Shown here: piece after piece, positions 62,500 to 64,000 of the stretch
How the letters are laid out: every line of letters begins with the position of its first letter
Numbering within the stretch: position 1 is the stretch's first letter
Source of the DNA: Candidatus Latescibacterota bacterium
GTDB lineage: Bacteria > Latescibacterota > UBA2968
Length of the DNA stretch: 64,000 nt
Direction: 5' to 3'
Assembly: GCA_965207885.1 (NCBI GenBank)
Contig: OZ242311.1
Span: 128,001 to 192,000 of the forward strand
Made by a program: the position numbers and the translations under genes
The notes under the pieces: generated by a model
Told to the model about the DNA's origin: nothing
Seen by the model: only the letters and a program-made list of their open reading frames with translations
Database searches by the model: none

Positions 62500-63582
62500 G
62501 TGAAAATTATCCTTGTTGCAGGCGTAAGACCCAATTTTATGAAAGTTGCCCCACTGTGGAATCAACTAATCGAAGTGCCCGATTTATTTGACCCGATTTT
62601 GGTGCATACGGGACAACACTACGATGATCTTATGTCCGATATTTTCTTTCGAGATTTAAATCTGCCCAGACCGCATTATGAATTGAATGTGGGGTCGGGC
62701 AGTCACGCGTACCAGACAGCGCAGATCATGATGGGTTTTGAGGAGATTTTATTGTTGGAGAAGCCGGACTGGGTCCTTGTCGTTGGTGATGTCAATTCCA
62801 CTTTAGCATGTGCGATGGATGCAGCAAAATTGCAAATCCCCGTTGGGCACATAGAGGCGGGGTTGCGAAGTTGGGATCGGTCAATGCCCGAAGAGATCAA
62901 TCGAATTGTGGTGGATGCTATATCCGATCTTCTGTTTGCACCTTCAATGCAGGCGTGTGAAAATCTGAGGCGCGAAGGCATAGAAGATCGCCGCATTCAT
63001 TTTGTAGGCAATGTAATGATAGATTCTCTGATGTTGTTAGCCCCTAAAGCCGATGAATCCCGTATCCTAAGCATACACGGTTTATCGGTTCGAGAATACG
63101 TTTTTCTAACCCTCCATCGCGCCTCAAATGTCGATTGTCCAGATACGTTGGCTGGCATTGTATCCGCGTTACAAACCCTCAAATGTCCAATCGCGTGGCC
63201 TTTGCATCCAAGAACGCGCAATCGCCTATCCCAATTTGGTTTTTTGCAAGGGCTTGAGATGATGGACAATATTAAACTTATGGATCCCGTTGGCTATCTC
63301 GATTCTTTGAAACTTCAGAAAAATGCAAAATTTGTGATGACAGATTCCGGGGGATTGCAAGAAGAGACGACAGCTTTGGGTGTACCGTGTTTGACGCTTA
63401 GAGAGAATACAGAACGACCAGAGACCATAAATATTGGGACTAACACACTTGTAGGTGTTCGTCCCGAACGCATTGTTGCAGAGGCTGAATCTGTTTTGAA
63501 TGGGCGTTATAAATCCGGCCGCTTGCCCGAGTTGTGGGACGGCAATACAGCTAAGCGAGTTGTTGCTTTATTGAAAAGTTAA
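62500..63582 (+). CDS. wecB: UDP-N-acetylglucosamine 2-epimerase (non-hydrolysing)
   Basis: GVRPNFMK, HTGQHYD, HIEAGLRS, MPEEINR, TDSGGLQEE and RENTERPET motifs. Confidence 0.95.
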   Translation: MKIILVAGVRPNFMKVAPLWNQLIEVPDLFDPILVHTGQHYDDLMSDIFFRDLNLPRPHYELNVGSGSHAYQTAQIMMGFEEILLLEKPDWVLVVGDVNSTLACAMDAAKLQIPVGHIEAGLRSWDRSMPEEINRIVVDAISDLLFAPSMQACENLRREGIEDRRIHFVGNVMIDSLMLLAPKADESRILSIHGLSVREYVFLTLHRASNVDCPDTLAGIVSALQTLKCPIAWPLHPRTRNRLSQFGFLQGLEMMDNIKLMDPVGYLDSLKLQKNAKFVMTDSGGLQEETTALGVPCLTLRENTERPETINIGTNTLVGVRPERIVAEAESVLNGRYKSGRLPELWDGNTAKRVVALLKS

Positions 63583-63777
63583 TCCTAAATGACAATCCTA
63601 AATGACAAGAAACAGTTACTCTTGGCTTCTTCGCAGTTTGGGAATGTACTTAGTTCCCATTTACAGCTTTCAAGGATCAGCCCCTCCCTCCGGCCTACAA
63701 CCTCCAGTAGTCATTCTCTAATCTTACATATCCATTCTCCAATCTTCAGTATCCATCCTATTGCTTCTTAGCAGTAG

Positions 63778-63952
63778 GTGCGACATGGGTGTCCCAAAAG
63801 TGCGGCAGAAGTGTCGCACCTGATCTTTTTTCTGGCGGATCGTATTTTTTAAATTGAAAAAAATTTTAGGAATAAATCATTGTAATAAAACAATATATTT
63901 AAAAAACAAAAAATATATCGCTAATTTAACTTAAAGTGGCACACATTTCGCT
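63778..63952 (+). promoter_or_regulatory. Sigma-54 enhancer plus promoter, copy 2 (drives a gene beyond the window)
   Basis: GTGCGACATGGGTGTCCCA at 63778 and GTGCGGCAGAAGTGTCGCAC at 63800, then TGGCACACATTTCGCT at 63937-63952. Confidence 0.75.
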
Positions 63953-64000
63953 TTTACGTTTTGCAGCAAGACAGCAGTGACAAACAAGAAAGAGAATAAA

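Overview
Bacterial chromosomal window with no rRNA, tRNA or CRISPR array. Its gene content (two DUF6785/DUF6784-type membrane proteins, several PhyH dioxygenases, a sulfatase, and Calx-beta/Ig-repeat autotransporter-like adhesins) resembles sponge-associated Latescibacterota/Poribacteria-like genomes; this taxonomic placement is inference. In order, the window holds: a 5'-truncated adhesin with near-perfect 336-bp repeats; small catabolic genes; rnd and yigZ; a candidate sigma-54-driven redox operon (thioredoxin-fused protein, a UGSC-motif selenoprotein read through an in-frame TGA with a SECIS-like hairpin, msrB); a 3080-aa adhesin; a PIN toxin-antitoxin pair; a compositionally distinct three-gene cyclic-nucleotide module (class III cyclase-STAND NTPase-TPR, SulP-STAS-cNMP-binding transporter, MBL-fold hydrolase); orphan antitoxins; a complete F1Fo ATP synthase operon; and the start of a mosaic polysaccharide locus with an orphan NtrC-type activator, a probable collapsed sensor kinase, gene remnants and a duplicated sigma-54 enhancer/promoter. 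The best candidates for undescribed systems are the cyclase/SulP-cNMP/MBL module and the selenoprotein redox operon. All product calls come from motif recognition by eye, not from database searches.
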